Position numbers and translations under genes: made by a program. A stretch of DNA of 64,000 nt from Bacillota bacterium (lineage in GTDB: Bacteria > Bacillota > Bacilli > Alicyclobacillales > SLC66): assembly GCA_021785975.1 (NCBI GenBank), contig JAJYOE010000001.1, positions 620 through 64,619 of the forward strand. Reading direction: 5' to 3'. Below, piece by piece: positions 1 to 9,583 of the stretch (position 1 is the first letter of the stretch; each line of letters begins with the position of its first letter). The notes under the pieces were generated by a model, which ran no database searches, was not told the DNA's origin, and was given only the letters and a program-made list of their open reading frames with translations.

Positions 1-100
1 TATACGGTCTGTAAATTTTAATGGTTCGTTCTTCCCTTAAATGCGCACTGTAAATAGTGTGACTGAACATGGTTCGTTGCGGTAGTAAATTGTTGTCCAT
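1..100 (-). CDS. Partial CDS (first 33 codons; continues past the left edge). Hypothetical; the N-terminus faintly resembles the esterase family.
   Basis: Too short for the ORF track. A minus-strand ATG at 100 follows GGAGGA (tcctcc at 105-110 on +). The open frame MDNNLLPQRTMFSHTIYSAHLREERTIKIYRPY runs to position 1. Confidence 0.4.
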   Translation of the reverse strand, partial: MDNNLLPQRTMFSHTIYSAHLREERTIKIYRPY

Positions 101-136
101 AATATCCTCCTAAATCGATGGTAAAGGTGTGATGGT

Positions 137-1216
137 ATGAGTGTTCATGCGCCTGTTCGAGAACTAGGGTATCTCCGCGTCATCGACGAGGAGGGCCAGG
201 TGACGGATTCTTCTTTGCTGCCTGACATCACTGAAGGTCATTTCAAACAGCTGATGGAAAGAATGCTGTTCACTCGTCTTTGGGATGAGCGAGCAATCAA
301 ATGGACGCGCCAAGGCAAGCTCGGGTTTTACGCCCCGGTTGCAGGGCAGGAAGCCGCAATGATAGGCAGTGAAGCAGCGCTTACAATGGATGATTTTATT
401 TTACCCAGTTATCGGGATGTTCCCCAAGCAGTATGGCACGGTTGGCCGCTTTATCAGGCGTTCCTATACTCGCTAGGTCATCAGCATGGGAACCAGATTC
501 CGGAGGGGGTAAATGTACTTCCTCCTCAAATTATCATTGGCGCGCAGATCGTTCAAGCGGCAGGTGTCGCGATGGCTTTTGCGTTGCGAAAAGAAAAACG
601 GGTAGCGCTTGCCTATATTGGCGATGGCGGTACTTCGCAAGGTGATTTTTATGAGGGAATGAATGTGGCCGGCGTTTATCGGTTACCACTCATCGTACTT
701 GTTCAGAACAATCAGTTTGCCATCTCCGTCCCCGTAGAAAAACAGACTGCGGTGAAGGAACTTGCAAAAAAAGCTGAGGCATCAGGGATGGAAGGAATAC
801 GGGTGGACGGAATGGATGTACTAGCCGTCTATCAAGCAGTGCAAGGTGCGGTGCAAAAAGCCAAAGCTGGCGAGGGTCCCACTTTGATTGAGGCGCTGAC
901 TTTTCGCTATGGGCCGCATACGATGAGCGGCGATGATCCGAAGCGATATCGCACAAAAGAACTAGAGGAGGACTGGCGAGCGAGAGATCCGATCATTCGC
1001 TATCGCAAATTTCTGCATACCAAAGGCTGGTGGACGGAAGAAGACGAACGCAAGGTGGAGACGAAGGCGAAAGATGAGGTGCAGGCAGCGCTAGACCGGG
1101 CGAATCAATTTCCTGCCATGTCCATGAAGGCGCTCGCGAGTCATATGTATGCAAAGATGCCTATAGAGTTAGCCGATCAGTTGATACGACAAGACACCAA
1201 AAAGGAGGTGAAGTGA
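137..1216 (+). CDS. pdhA: Pyruvate dehydrogenase E1 alpha subunit
   Basis: 359 aa with strong Bacillus PdhA-like blocks (GFYAP.AGQEA, IIIGAQ, GDGG.SQGDFYEG, TFRYGPHTM.GDDP.RYR). First gene of an E1a-E1b-E2-E3 cluster. Confidence 0.88.
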   Translation: MSVHAPVRELGYLRVIDEEGQVTDSSLLPDITEGHFKQLMERMLFTRLWDERAIKWTRQGKLGFYAPVAGQEAAMIGSEAALTMDDFILPSYRDVPQAVWHGWPLYQAFLYSLGHQHGNQIPEGVNVLPPQIIIGAQIVQAAGVAMAFALRKEKRVALAYIGDGGTSQGDFYEGMNVAGVYRLPLIVLVQNNQFAISVPVEKQTAVKELAKKAEASGMEGIRVDGMDVLAVYQAVQGAVQKAKAGEGPTLIEALTFRYGPHTMSGDDPKRYRTKELEEDWRARDPIIRYRKFLHTKGWWTEEDERKVETKAKDEVQAALDRANQFPAMSMKALASHMYAKMPIELADQLIRQDTKKEVK

Positions 1217-2196
1217 TGGCTCAACTGACGATGATTGAGGCGATTCGCAGCGCGCTGTCCGCGGCGCTTGAAAAAGACGAACGCGTACTCGTCTTTGGCG
1301 AGGACGTGGGGCAAAGTGGCGGCGTGTTTCGCGCCACGGACGGCCTCATGCAACGCTTTGGGGAAGCGCGAGTGTTCGACACCCCGCTAGCAGAATCATC
1401 GATTGCGGGACTGGCCACAGGACTTTCCCTTCAAGGGTTTATTCCTGTGGCGGAAATCCAGTTCTTCGGATTTGTCTTTGAAGCCATGGATGAAATGATC
1501 GGGCAGGCGGCGCGAATGCGTTTTCGAACGGGAGGCAGTTTTCATTGCCCCATCGTCTATCGCACTCCCTTTGGAGGAGGTGTGAAGACGCCTGAACTTC
1601 ACGCGGACAGCCTAGAAGGACTATTCGTGCAATCGCCCGGAATCAAAGTGATAGTACCGTCCTCTCCTTATGAAGCAAAAGGGTTACTCTTGTCAGCTAT
1701 TTTTGATGAAGACCCGGTGCTATTCCTTGAGCACATGAAACTATACCGCTCTTTTCGGGAAGAGGTGCCAGAGGATTTTTACACACTGCCACTTGGCGAG
1801 GCGAAAGTGGTCAAAGCGGGGAAGGACCTGACGCTCATCAGTTATGGTGCGATGGTAAGGACAGCCATTAAGGCGGCAGAAATTGCAGCACAAGAACAGG
1901 GATTGTCTGTGGAAGTCATCGACCTTCGCACAATCAGCCCCATCGATACGGAAACCATCGTCACTTCGATCCGTAAAACCCACCGCGCAGTGGTATTGCA
2001 GGAAGCGCAGCGGAGCGCGGGAGTGGCGGCAGAGGTGATCGCAAGAATCAATGAAGAGGCCATTTATGACTTGGAGGGACCCGTCCTCAGGGTGGCACCA
2101 CCAGATACTGTCTATCCTTTTACGCTATTTGAAAAAGAATGGCTGCCCACCGAACAGCTCGTTGTGCATCAAATCAATCAGGCCATGCATGCTTGA
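1213..2196 (+). CDS. pdhB: Pyruvate dehydrogenase E1 beta subunit
   Basis: 327 aa transketolase-like beta subunit (FGEDVG..GGVFR.T, DTPLAE). ATGA overlap with pdhA. Confidence 0.88.
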   Translation: MMAQLTMIEAIRSALSAALEKDERVLVFGEDVGQSGGVFRATDGLMQRFGEARVFDTPLAESSIAGLATGLSLQGFIPVAEIQFFGFVFEAMDEMIGQAARMRFRTGGSFHCPIVYRTPFGGGVKTPELHADSLEGLFVQSPGIKVIVPSSPYEAKGLLLSAIFDEDPVLFLEHMKLYRSFREEVPEDFYTLPLGEAKVVKAGKDLTLISYGAMVRTAIKAAEIAAQEQGLSVEVIDLRTISPIDTETIVTSIRKTHRAVVLQEAQRSAGVAAEVIARINEEAIYDLEGPVLRVAPPDTVYPFTLFEKEWLPTEQLVVHQINQAMHA

Positions 2197-2217
2197 ATCA
2201 GGGAAAGAGGTATTGAC

Positions 2218-3558
2218 ATGGGGATTTATCAGTTTGAGTTTCCGGAACTTGGCGAAGGAATTCATGAAGGAAAAGTGGCGAAATGGATCGTTCATGAGGG
2301 GGAATGGGTGCGAGAGGATGAACCGCTGGCCGAGGTGGAAAATGACAAAGCGGTTGTGGAGATCCCCAGTCCGATTGAAGGGAAGGTCGTTAAACTGTTT
2401 TTTTCTGAAGGGGCCGTCGCTTCGGTGGGCGAACCCTTTGTCAGCTTTGAAACAAATGGGGTCACAGAAAATTCAAATTCCGAAATGCCAAAAACTTCAA
2501 TAGAAGACGCGGGACTAGCCACAACGGCTCACGAAGTCAAACAAGCTGAGGTGGAGTCCGCAGGTATAACGACGCTAGCGACGAGGGCGATGCCAATCGA
2601 TAGAAAAGTGCCTAATGAGGAAACAATACCTGGACGACGGGTGTTGGCAATTCCCTCAGTGCGCAAACTGGCAAGGGAACATGGCGTGAATATTGCCGAG
2701 GTCATGGGAACTGGCGAGCATGGAAAAATCACCCGCCAAGACGTATTCGCTTATATAGAAAATCAAGATGGGGATGAGCCCGCGTTCAACACCACGGAAG
2801 CCCCACACCAGATCAAACCATCCGAAGAAGCTCGCAAGAAGCCGTTTTTTACTTCGATTCACGAAGACATCGTGCCGCTTAGCAGCATTCGCAAGTCCAT
2901 CATGGAAGCGCTGGTCAAATCTAAATTCAGTGCACCTCATGTGACCATGATGGATGAAGCCGATGTGACGGAACTGGTGTCATTAAGAAATGAATTGAAG
3001 CAAATGGCTGCCGTCAGGGAAGTAAAATTGACATTTTTGCCTTTTATCGTGAAGGCATTTATCGCCGCCTTAAAAAAATACCCTTACTTAAATTCGGAAC
3101 TCGACGAAGGAAACGCAGAGATCAAATTGAAAAAGGAATATCACATCGGCATCGCTACGGACACGGACAGGGGGCTTCTGGTTCCTGTGCTTCATCATGC
3201 CAACCACATGAGCATGTGGGAACTCGCCGAACAAATCTCAATATTGTCCTCAAAAGCGCGCACTGGCAAGATTAAACTCGAAGAGATGAAGGGCAGTACG
3301 GCGTCCATCTCGAATATCGGTTCAGCAAAAGGCTTGTTTTTCACCCCTATTCTAAACTATCCTGAAGTGGCAATACTCGGGGTAGGACGAATCCGCGCGG
3401 CACTGGTACGAAAAGATGGGGAGATCGTTGATGCGCACATGATGGCACTTTCGCTAAGTTTTGATCATCGGGTGGTGGATGGCGCAATGGCGCAATGGGC
3501 ACTGAACGAGGTCAAGGAAGTGTTGGCAGATCCCAAGCGCATGTTGATGGAGGTGTGA
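2218..3558 (+). CDS. pdhC: Dihydrolipoamide acetyltransferase E2
   Basis: 446 aa with an N-terminal lipoyl domain (EVENDKAVVEIPSP), a subunit-binding domain (AIPSVRKLAREHGVNI) and a C-terminal catalytic DHRVVDG motif. Confidence 0.88.
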   Translation: MGIYQFEFPELGEGIHEGKVAKWIVHEGEWVREDEPLAEVENDKAVVEIPSPIEGKVVKLFFSEGAVASVGEPFVSFETNGVTENSNSEMPKTSIEDAGLATTAHEVKQAEVESAGITTLATRAMPIDRKVPNEETIPGRRVLAIPSVRKLAREHGVNIAEVMGTGEHGKITRQDVFAYIENQDGDEPAFNTTEAPHQIKPSEEARKKPFFTSIHEDIVPLSSIRKSIMEALVKSKFSAPHVTMMDEADVTELVSLRNELKQMAAVREVKLTFLPFIVKAFIAALKKYPYLNSELDEGNAEIKLKKEYHIGIATDTDRGLLVPVLHHANHMSMWELAEQISILSSKARTGKIKLEEMKGSTASISNIGSAKGLFFTPILNYPEVAILGVGRIRAALVRKDGEIVDAHMMALSLSFDHRVVDGAMAQWALNEVKEVLADPKRMLMEV

Positions 3559-3562
3559 TACT

Positions 3563-4972
3563 TTGGTTGTCGGGGAATTGACAGAGGAAGTAGAACTGAT
3601 TGTGATTGGCGGTGGGCCTGGAGGTTACGTTGCTGCGATCCGCGCAGCACAGTTGGGTCTACAGGTGCTTTTAATCGAAAAAGAAGATATTGGCGGTGTG
3701 TGCTTGAACCGCGGGTGCATCCCCTCAAAGGCGCTGATTACGGCAGCGGAAGACTATGCCAAAGGGATAAAGGGCAATGTACCCGGGATAGAGCACTCAG
3801 TGACGATTGACTTTTTTAAGGTACAGGAATGGAAGGAAAGTGTAGTGAAAAAAATGACGCAGGGCGTCGACACTCTCCTTAAAGGCAATCAGGTAAAAAT
3901 TTTGAAGGGCGAAGCGTTCTTTGTGGGTCCTGATGAAGTGCGCGTCATGACAGACACGGAGGCACATAACTATCATTTTCAACATTGCATCATTGCTACG
4001 GGGTCGCGTCCTGTGGAATTGGCTTCATTGCCGTATGGTAAAAGGGTGCTCACCTCCACAGAGGCGCTGTCGTTGCAGAATGTACCAAAGCGATTGGCCA
4101 TCGTCGGTGGAGGATATATCGGCATTGAGTTGGGACAGGCCTATGCCAAGTTTGGCTCACAGGTGACTATTTTAGAAGGCACCCCCTCTATACTTCCTGC
4201 GTTTGATCCCAGTATTACCAGGCTGATCATGCGCAGTCTGAAAGAGTGGAAGGTGGAGGTGGTGACGGGCGCACTGGCAAAATCCGCAGTGGAATCGGCG
4301 GATGACGTTCAGTTGACGTATGAAGTGAACGGCGAGGAGCGCGCGGTGATCGCCGATTATGTGCTCGTGACGGTGGGGAGACGGCCGAATACGGACGAAT
4401 TGGGGCTGAATGCGGCAGGGATTGCAGTGGATGAGAAAGGTCTGATTCCTGTCGACCAACAGGGCAGAACCAGCGAGTCTCGTATATTTGCCATCGGCGA
4501 TGTGGTGGCAGGTCCTGCACTGGCGCATAAAGCTTCGTATGAGGGCAAAGTTGCAGCAGAAGCGATTGCTGGGCAGCACAGCGCGGTGGATTACAGTTGC
4601 ATCCCCGCCGTGGTGTTTGCGGACCCGGAAGTGGCAGTGGTAGGACTCAACGAAGACGAAGCAGGCAGACTTTATGAAAAAGTGACTACCGGTCGCTTTG
4701 CCTACGGGGCAAATGGAAGGGCAGTGTCCATCAATGCGGCAATCGGTTACGTCAAACTCATTGCAGATGGGAATAGCGGTGTATTAGTGGGGGCGCAGGT
4801 AGTAGGTGCAGAGGCGTCCAACTTAATCGCAGAACTGGCACTAGCTATTGAAATGAACGCGACGCTGGAAGACTTGGCGCTGACCATCCATGCACATCCT
4901 ACCCTGCCGGAAATAGTGATGGAAGCAGCAGAGGTGGCACTTGGAACGCCTATTCATATGTTAAAAAAATGA
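3563..4972 (+). CDS. pdhD: Dihydrolipoyl dehydrogenase E3
   Basis: 469 aa, TTG start. FAD motif GGGPGGY, redox-active GGVCLNRGCIPSK, and a C-terminal HAHPTL interface motif. Confidence 0.9.
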   Translation: MVVGELTEEVELIVIGGGPGGYVAAIRAAQLGLQVLLIEKEDIGGVCLNRGCIPSKALITAAEDYAKGIKGNVPGIEHSVTIDFFKVQEWKESVVKKMTQGVDTLLKGNQVKILKGEAFFVGPDEVRVMTDTEAHNYHFQHCIIATGSRPVELASLPYGKRVLTSTEALSLQNVPKRLAIVGGGYIGIELGQAYAKFGSQVTILEGTPSILPAFDPSITRLIMRSLKEWKVEVVTGALAKSAVESADDVQLTYEVNGEERAVIADYVLVTVGRRPNTDELGLNAAGIAVDEKGLIPVDQQGRTSESRIFAIGDVVAGPALAHKASYEGKVAAEAIAGQHSAVDYSCIPAVVFADPEVAVVGLNEDEAGRLYEKVTTGRFAYGANGRAVSINAAIGYVKLIADGNSGVLVGAQVVGAEASNLIAELALAIEMNATLEDLALTIHAHPTLPEIVMEAAEVALGTPIHMLKK

Positions 4973-4981
4973 TGGCAAAAA

Positions 4982-5006
4982 AGGCTGCCCCGCTCTTTGG
5001 GGCAGC
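4982..5006. terminator. Intrinsic terminator hairpin between convergent pdhD and the Gfo/Idh/MocA gene
   Basis: GGCTGCCCC-gctcttt-GGGGCAGCC (9-bp GC stem). An A-run lies on the + side, so the minus-strand transcript gets the U-tract. Confidence 0.7.
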
Positions 5007-5019
5007 CCACTAAGTCACT

Positions 5020-6042
5020 TTATGGCTGTACAGTAATGAATGTTTTCTTGTCTGATGATTCAATCATTGCCAGTACCACACTCAGTGAGCGCAGCCCTTC
5101 TTCTCCGGAGATGGAGGGTTTGGTGCCAGTTTGTATAGCGTGGATGAAATCATCAATGACGCCACTTGTCACTTGTTTTTCATTGGTCGCGACCGCGCCC
5201 ACTTGATAGTTTTCTATAGATCCATCGTGAAGCGAAACCACCACCTGATTCACTGGATCTTCAGCGAGGCGCAAGACGCCATGCTCACAATAGAGAATGG
5301 TGCTGTTGTCCTCTTGCTGATAGGACCAACTGGCGGCAAGTGTCCCGATCACCCCTTTTTTAGTTTTCAGAATACAAACGGCATTATCGTCTACATCAGT
5401 GTTATTTTTGGCGAGTGTATCGACAATGGCCCCCACTTCTGACACTTCGTCATCTAACAGATAGCGTATCAAGTCCGCTTTATGTACCCCCAGGTCTCCC
5501 ATAGCCCCCATCACGGCCTCGTTTTTTCGAAAAAACCAGCTGTTTTTCCCGTCAACGCTCCAGGATTCAGGGCCGGGATGGCCAAATGCGGTACGAAAAG
5601 AGATGACTCTTCCTAAATAACCCCGTTTCAAAATCTCTTTTGCTTTTTGATGCGGCGGCATGAAACGTTGATTGTGGCCAATCATCAGGAACACATGATG
5701 TTCTTCTGCGGCCTGAATCATGGCTCGTGCTTCATCTGCTGTTGTGGCCATCGGCTTTTCGCAAAGCACGTGAACACCTGACTGCGCCGCTTTGATGGAA
5801 ACCGGGGCATGCAGGTAATTGGGCAAGCAGACGCTGACTGCATCAAGTTTTTCATTTGCTAATAAGTCTTCATAATTGCTGTACGCAGTAGCGTGGTATT
5901 GATTTGCAAAAAAATTAGCCCTTTCCGGTACGACGTCGCAAAAAGCGACCAATTCCACATCGGGGTGGGCAGCATATTCGGGAATATGCCGATGCCTGGC
6001 AATGGATCCACATCCGATTACTGCAATTCTCAGTTTGGACAT
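5020..6042 (-). CDS. Gfo/Idh/MocA family NAD(P)-dependent sugar oxidoreductase
   Basis: 340 aa with an N-terminal Rossmann motif (RIAVIGCGSIA) and the EKP motif (CEKPMA). AAGGAGG RBS. Confidence 0.85.
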   Translation of the reverse strand: MSKLRIAVIGCGSIARHRHIPEYAAHPDVELVAFCDVVPERANFFANQYHATAYSNYEDLLANEKLDAVSVCLPNYLHAPVSIKAAQSGVHVLCEKPMATTADEARAMIQAAEEHHVFLMIGHNQRFMPPHQKAKEILKRGYLGRVISFRTAFGHPGPESWSVDGKNSWFFRKNEAVMGAMGDLGVHKADLIRYLLDDEVSEVGAIVDTLAKNNTDVDDNAVCILKTKKGVIGTLAASWSYQQEDNSTILYCEHGVLRLAEDPVNQVVVSLHDGSIENYQVGAVATNEKQVTSGVIDDFIHAIQTGTKPSISGEEGLRSLSVVLAMIESSDKKTFITVQP

Positions 6043-6061
6043 TCCTGTAACCTCCTTTGGC

Positions 6062-7030
6062 TTAAAGCCACCACATGTCAGTGAGCGATTCCTTCATCAA
6101 AATACCTTGGAGGTTCTGCGCCGCTTTAGTGAATCCTTCATTGATCGACATTAGTGGATCTTCGTGTTCAATGCTGATGACATAATCATAGCCATACCGA
6201 CGCAGTGCACTGATGATATCTGCCCACGTTTTCAGGTCATGGCCATACCCCACCGTACGGAAATTCCAGGAGCGATCCTGAACATTAGAATAGGGTTGCA
6301 TATCCGTCAGTCCGTATAGATTGACATTATCAGGATCGATAAACGTGTCTTTGGCGTGGAAGTGATGAATGGCGCCCGCTTTGCCGAGAATTTTTACCGC
6401 AGCCACCGGGTCGATCCCTTGCCACCACATATGACTGGGGTCCAGATTGGCTCCTATGGCCTCTCCCGCATGTTCCCTTAATTTGAGCATCGTATAAGGC
6501 GTATGAACCAAAAATCCTCCATGGAGCTCAAGGCCAATCTTTACGTGATGCTGCGAGGCAAACCTGCCAATTTCTTTCCAATAGGGAATGAGTTTTTCAT
6601 TCCATTGCCAATCAAGAACAGTCCGGTATTCATTGGGCCAAGGAACTACGGGCCAGTTTGGATACTTCGCTCCCTCGTGGTCACCGGGTGTGCCGGAAAA
6701 GCAATTCACCACGGGGACTTCCAGTAATTCGGCCAATTGAATGGTCTTGATCAAGATTTCATGTGATTCTTTTGCAAAATCTGTTTGCGGGGTAAGCGGG
6801 TTCCCGTGACAACTGAGCGCGCTGATGGTCAGATCGCGATCGTTTATCGCTTTTAGAAATTGTTCTCGTTTCGTTTTGTCTTCTAACAATTCGTCAGGAT
6901 TGCAATGCGCATTCCCGGGGTAACCACCTGTTCCGATTTCCACTGCCTCGACGCCCTCTGATTTCACCTTGTCGAGCATTGCTTCAAATGGCAGGTCACC
7001 GAACAAAACTGTAAATACACCTAATTTCAT
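6062..7030 (-). CDS. Sugar phosphate isomerase/epimerase (xylose-isomerase-like TIM barrel)
   Basis: About 322 aa. The ORF track starts at 7039 (GTG); I prefer the ATG at 7030 (MKLGVFTV), 6 nt after GGAAGGTG. Typical AP-endonuclease-2/TIM-barrel layout. Confidence 0.8.
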   Translation of the reverse strand: MKLGVFTVLFGDLPFEAMLDKVKSEGVEAVEIGTGGYPGNAHCNPDELLEDKTKREQFLKAINDRDLTISALSCHGNPLTPQTDFAKESHEILIKTIQLAELLEVPVVNCFSGTPGDHEGAKYPNWPVVPWPNEYRTVLDWQWNEKLIPYWKEIGRFASQHHVKIGLELHGGFLVHTPYTMLKLREHAGEAIGANLDPSHMWWQGIDPVAAVKILGKAGAIHHFHAKDTFIDPDNVNLYGLTDMQPYSNVQDRSWNFRTVGYGHDLKTWADIISALRRYGYDYVISIEHEDPLMSINEGFTKAAQNLQGILMKESLTDMWWL

Positions 7031-7072
7031 CGCCATCACCTTCCGTGTGATTCATTGAGGTTCATTAATCCC

Positions 7073-8101
7073 TTAAGATTCCCGCCCGTTTCTTTGCTGT
7101 TCTTCGGATGTCTGATCATATGGATAACTGACAGGCAATCTACTGACTTGATCCAGATAGGATACTTGTTTCGACGTCAATGACCAACCTGTGGCACCTA
7201 GATTATTCTCTAATTGGGATAAGGTGCGTGCACCAACAATTGGAGCGGTTACGGCTTGGCGTTGCAAAAGCCAATTGATGGCAGTTTGTGCGGGTGTTTT
7301 TCCAGCCTCTTCAGCCACTTGATATAAAGCATCAAGGACACCCCAAGTGTAGTCGTTGTTGTAATTGCTCCAGGCTTCGCCCCAACCCTCTTTTTCCGCA
7401 GTGGCAATCCGAGTGTCTTCTGGAGCCTGGTTCATTCCACGTTTGAATTTTCCACTTAACCACCCGCCTCTTAGCGGACTCCACGGAATCACTCCTAATC
7501 CCTCTGTTTCACAAAGCGGAAGCAGTTCGTATTCTGTGGCACGGCATAGCAGGTTGTATTGGGGTTGTAAGCAGGAGAATGCTTCCCAACCGTTATTGCG
7601 GCTGGTATAGATCGCTTTTTGAAGTTGCCATGCGCGGAAATTGCTAGCGCCAATATAGCGGACTAGTCCTCGTTTGACTAAATCGTTCAGGGTACTTAAT
7701 GTCTCTTCAAGTGGCGTCAACGGATCCCAGGCGTGAACTTGATAAAGGTCGATGTAATCAGTGCCCAGTCTGCGCAAGCTGGCTTCAATACCCGCCATGA
7801 TATGCTTTCTGCTTAGACCAACATCGTTTTGACCAGGTCCCATTGGAAATCGTACTTTGGTGGCGATGACGTAGTCGTCACGATTTTTGCCATTGAGCCA
7901 GTGTCCAACAATTTCCTCGGATTTACCAGTTGAATATACATCAGCAGTATCAATAAAATTCCCGCCTGCTTCTACAAAACGATCAAGGATTGTAAAACTG
8001 TTTTCTTCACTTGTTTCACGCCCGAAGGTCATCGCTCCAAGGCATAATTCACTTACTTTCAAGCCGGTTTTCCCCAATAAACGATATTGCAATAGACTCA
8101 T
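7073..8101 (-). CDS. Aldo/keto reductase
   Basis: 342 aa. N-terminus [19 protein letters not shown] plus [11 protein letters not shown] are typical of the Tas/YajO-like AKR family. Confidence 0.85.
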   Translation of the reverse strand: MSLLQYRLLGKTGLKVSELCLGAMTFGRETSEENSFTILDRFVEAGGNFIDTADVYSTGKSEEIVGHWLNGKNRDDYVIATKVRFPMGPGQNDVGLSRKHIMAGIEASLRRLGTDYIDLYQVHAWDPLTPLEETLSTLNDLVKRGLVRYIGASNFRAWQLQKAIYTSRNNGWEAFSCLQPQYNLLCRATEYELLPLCETEGLGVIPWSPLRGGWLSGKFKRGMNQAPEDTRIATAEKEGWGEAWSNYNNDYTWGVLDALYQVAEEAGKTPAQTAINWLLQRQAVTAPIVGARTLSQLENNLGATGWSLTSKQVSYLDQVSRLPVSYPYDQTSEEQQRNGRES

Positions 8102-8116
8102 CCTCTCTATATCTGG

Positions 8117-9088
8117 TTAACTGGTGGCTCTTTTGATAAATTCTACATCAAAAATGTTGGCGTTGTAATGTTGACGAGTTTGAACATTAGTCAGTAATTG
8201 AACAATTCTTTCTGCCATCTCGCGCATGGGCTGGCGAATCGTTGAAAGTTGGGGAATCATCCATGTGGACAAGGGGACATCGTCGTAGCCGATGAGTTTT
8301 AAATCCTTAGGAATATGAATTCCTAGATTGTTACAAACTCTCGACACGTAAGCGGCCAATATATCGCTGGTGGTGAAAATGCCGTTCACATCAGGGTGAT
8401 CTCGAAACAACGGTGTGATGAGTTCTTCATAATGAGAATAATCAAATACGTCGTTTCCTGTTTGAATAATAATTGGTTCAATGCCATGTTCTTTCATGGT
8501 TTTGATAAATGACCACGAACGCTGATTAGACAATAGATCTAGCTGCAAATTACCACATATGTGACCCACTTTTTTGCAACCAAGACTAATTAGTTTTTCA
8601 GCCGCCAATACCCCGCCTTGATGATTATCAGAACAAACATAGGGAAATTGATCGATGATACGGTCGAAGGTTACAATGGGATATTCCAATCGTGCAAATT
8701 CATCCACATCCAATGTATGGCTGGCCATTACAAGTCCATCGATTTGATTGCTTTTTAAAAGATCGACAAATTGCTTTTCTTTAGTGGCATTATGGTTAGA
8801 ATTGCAGATAAGAAGCTTATAGTTTGATTGATTGGCATAAAATTCAATATAACCCGCGAGTTCGGCAAAAAATGGATGTCGCAAGTCGGGAAGAATTATT
8901 CCCAAGATGCCGGATTTTTTAGAAAAAAGTGAGCGCGCAATCGCATTAGGACTATAGTTTAACTGGTCCATCGCCTGATAAACTTTTTGTTTTGTGTTTT
9001 GGCTCAAATACCCTCTGTTATTGATTACTCTCGAGACGGTAGTCGGTGTAACTCCCGCTATCCTGGCCACATCTTTAATCGTCGGCAT
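8117..9088 (-). CDS. LacI family transcriptional regulator
   Basis: 323 aa. N-terminal HTH (TIKDVARIAGVTPTTVSRVINN) and a periplasmic-binding-fold sugar domain. First gene of the minus-strand operon. Markedly AT-rich. Confidence 0.9.
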   Translation of the reverse strand: MPTIKDVARIAGVTPTTVSRVINNRGYLSQNTKQKVYQAMDQLNYSPNAIARSLFSKKSGILGIILPDLRHPFFAELAGYIEFYANQSNYKLLICNSNHNATKEKQFVDLLKSNQIDGLVMASHTLDVDEFARLEYPIVTFDRIIDQFPYVCSDNHQGGVLAAEKLISLGCKKVGHICGNLQLDLLSNQRSWSFIKTMKEHGIEPIIIQTGNDVFDYSHYEELITPLFRDHPDVNGIFTTSDILAAYVSRVCNNLGIHIPKDLKLIGYDDVPLSTWMIPQLSTIRQPMREMAERIVQLLTNVQTRQHYNANIFDVEFIKRATS

Positions 9089-9132
9089 TGTTTATTGGCC
9101 TACCTTACTAAAATCATATAGTAAATGATTGA

Positions 9133-9146
9133 TGAAACTGTTTTCA
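9133..9146. promoter_or_regulatory. LacI/CcpA-type palindrome (candidate operator)
   Basis: TGAAACTGTTTTCA has one mismatch (central TG instead of CG) to the 14-nt cre-type consensus TGWAANCGNTNWCA. It lies 45 nt upstream of the lacI-family start. Confidence 0.35.
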
Positions 9147-9176
9147 TTTTATTACGATATATTAATTAATTCGATA

Positions 9177-9192
9177 TGTCAAAGGATTGACA
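9177..9192. promoter_or_regulatory. Inverted repeat TGTCAA-N4-TTGACA, copy 1 (candidate operator)
   Basis: TGTCAAAGGATTGACA. The arms are identical to those of copy 2, 95 bp away. Confidence 0.35.
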
Positions 9193-9271
9193 CATTATTG
9201 ATATCGTTTAAGAATTTGATATTCATTAAAAATATATTAAATTTTTATAGGTAATCAAAGAATCTGGAAAC

Positions 9272-9287
9272 TGTCAAGCGATTGACA
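9272..9287. promoter_or_regulatory. Inverted repeat TGTCAA-N4-TTGACA, copy 2 (candidate operator; its TTGACA could also serve as a -35)
   Basis: TGTCAAGCGATTGACA with a central CG. TTGACA is followed 17 nt later by TATTCT. Confidence 0.4.
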
Positions 9288-9348
9288 TTTTACAATTTAT
9301 CGACTATTCTATAAACAATTTTTAGTAAACCAGTTTCTAGGCCATACG

Positions 9349-9362
9349 TGATAACGCTTTCA
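9349..9362. promoter_or_regulatory. cre-like / LacI-type operator candidate
   Basis: TGATAACGCTTTCA matches TGWAANCGNTNWCA at all but one defined position. Confidence 0.4.
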
Positions 9363-9450
9363 ATTTCATTTTAAAATAGGACAACTCTTTCTAGAAAATA
9401 TATACATAGTAAAAATTGGTTGATAGTTTTATAGAATAGGGGGTGAACCA

Positions 9451-9537
9451 ATGACTGAAGTCGAACTTCAAAATGTACAGGTAAACGCTAACGAAAACAG
9501 AGGTCTATTTATCCTAGGTTCCTGCGATTCATCTTAA
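9451..9537 (+). CDS. Candidate 28-codon small ORF (MTEVELQNVQVNANENRGLFILGSCDSS)
   Basis: ATG lies 6 nt after AGGGGGTGA. Below the ORF-track length cut-off. Sits in the AT-rich divergent region, 46 nt before the binding-protein gene. Confidence 0.3.
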   Translation: MTEVELQNVQVNANENRGLFILGSCDSS

Positions 9538-9583
9538 TTGCAGGAGAGAGTTTTCTCTAAAATTCATTAAAGGGGGACATATT

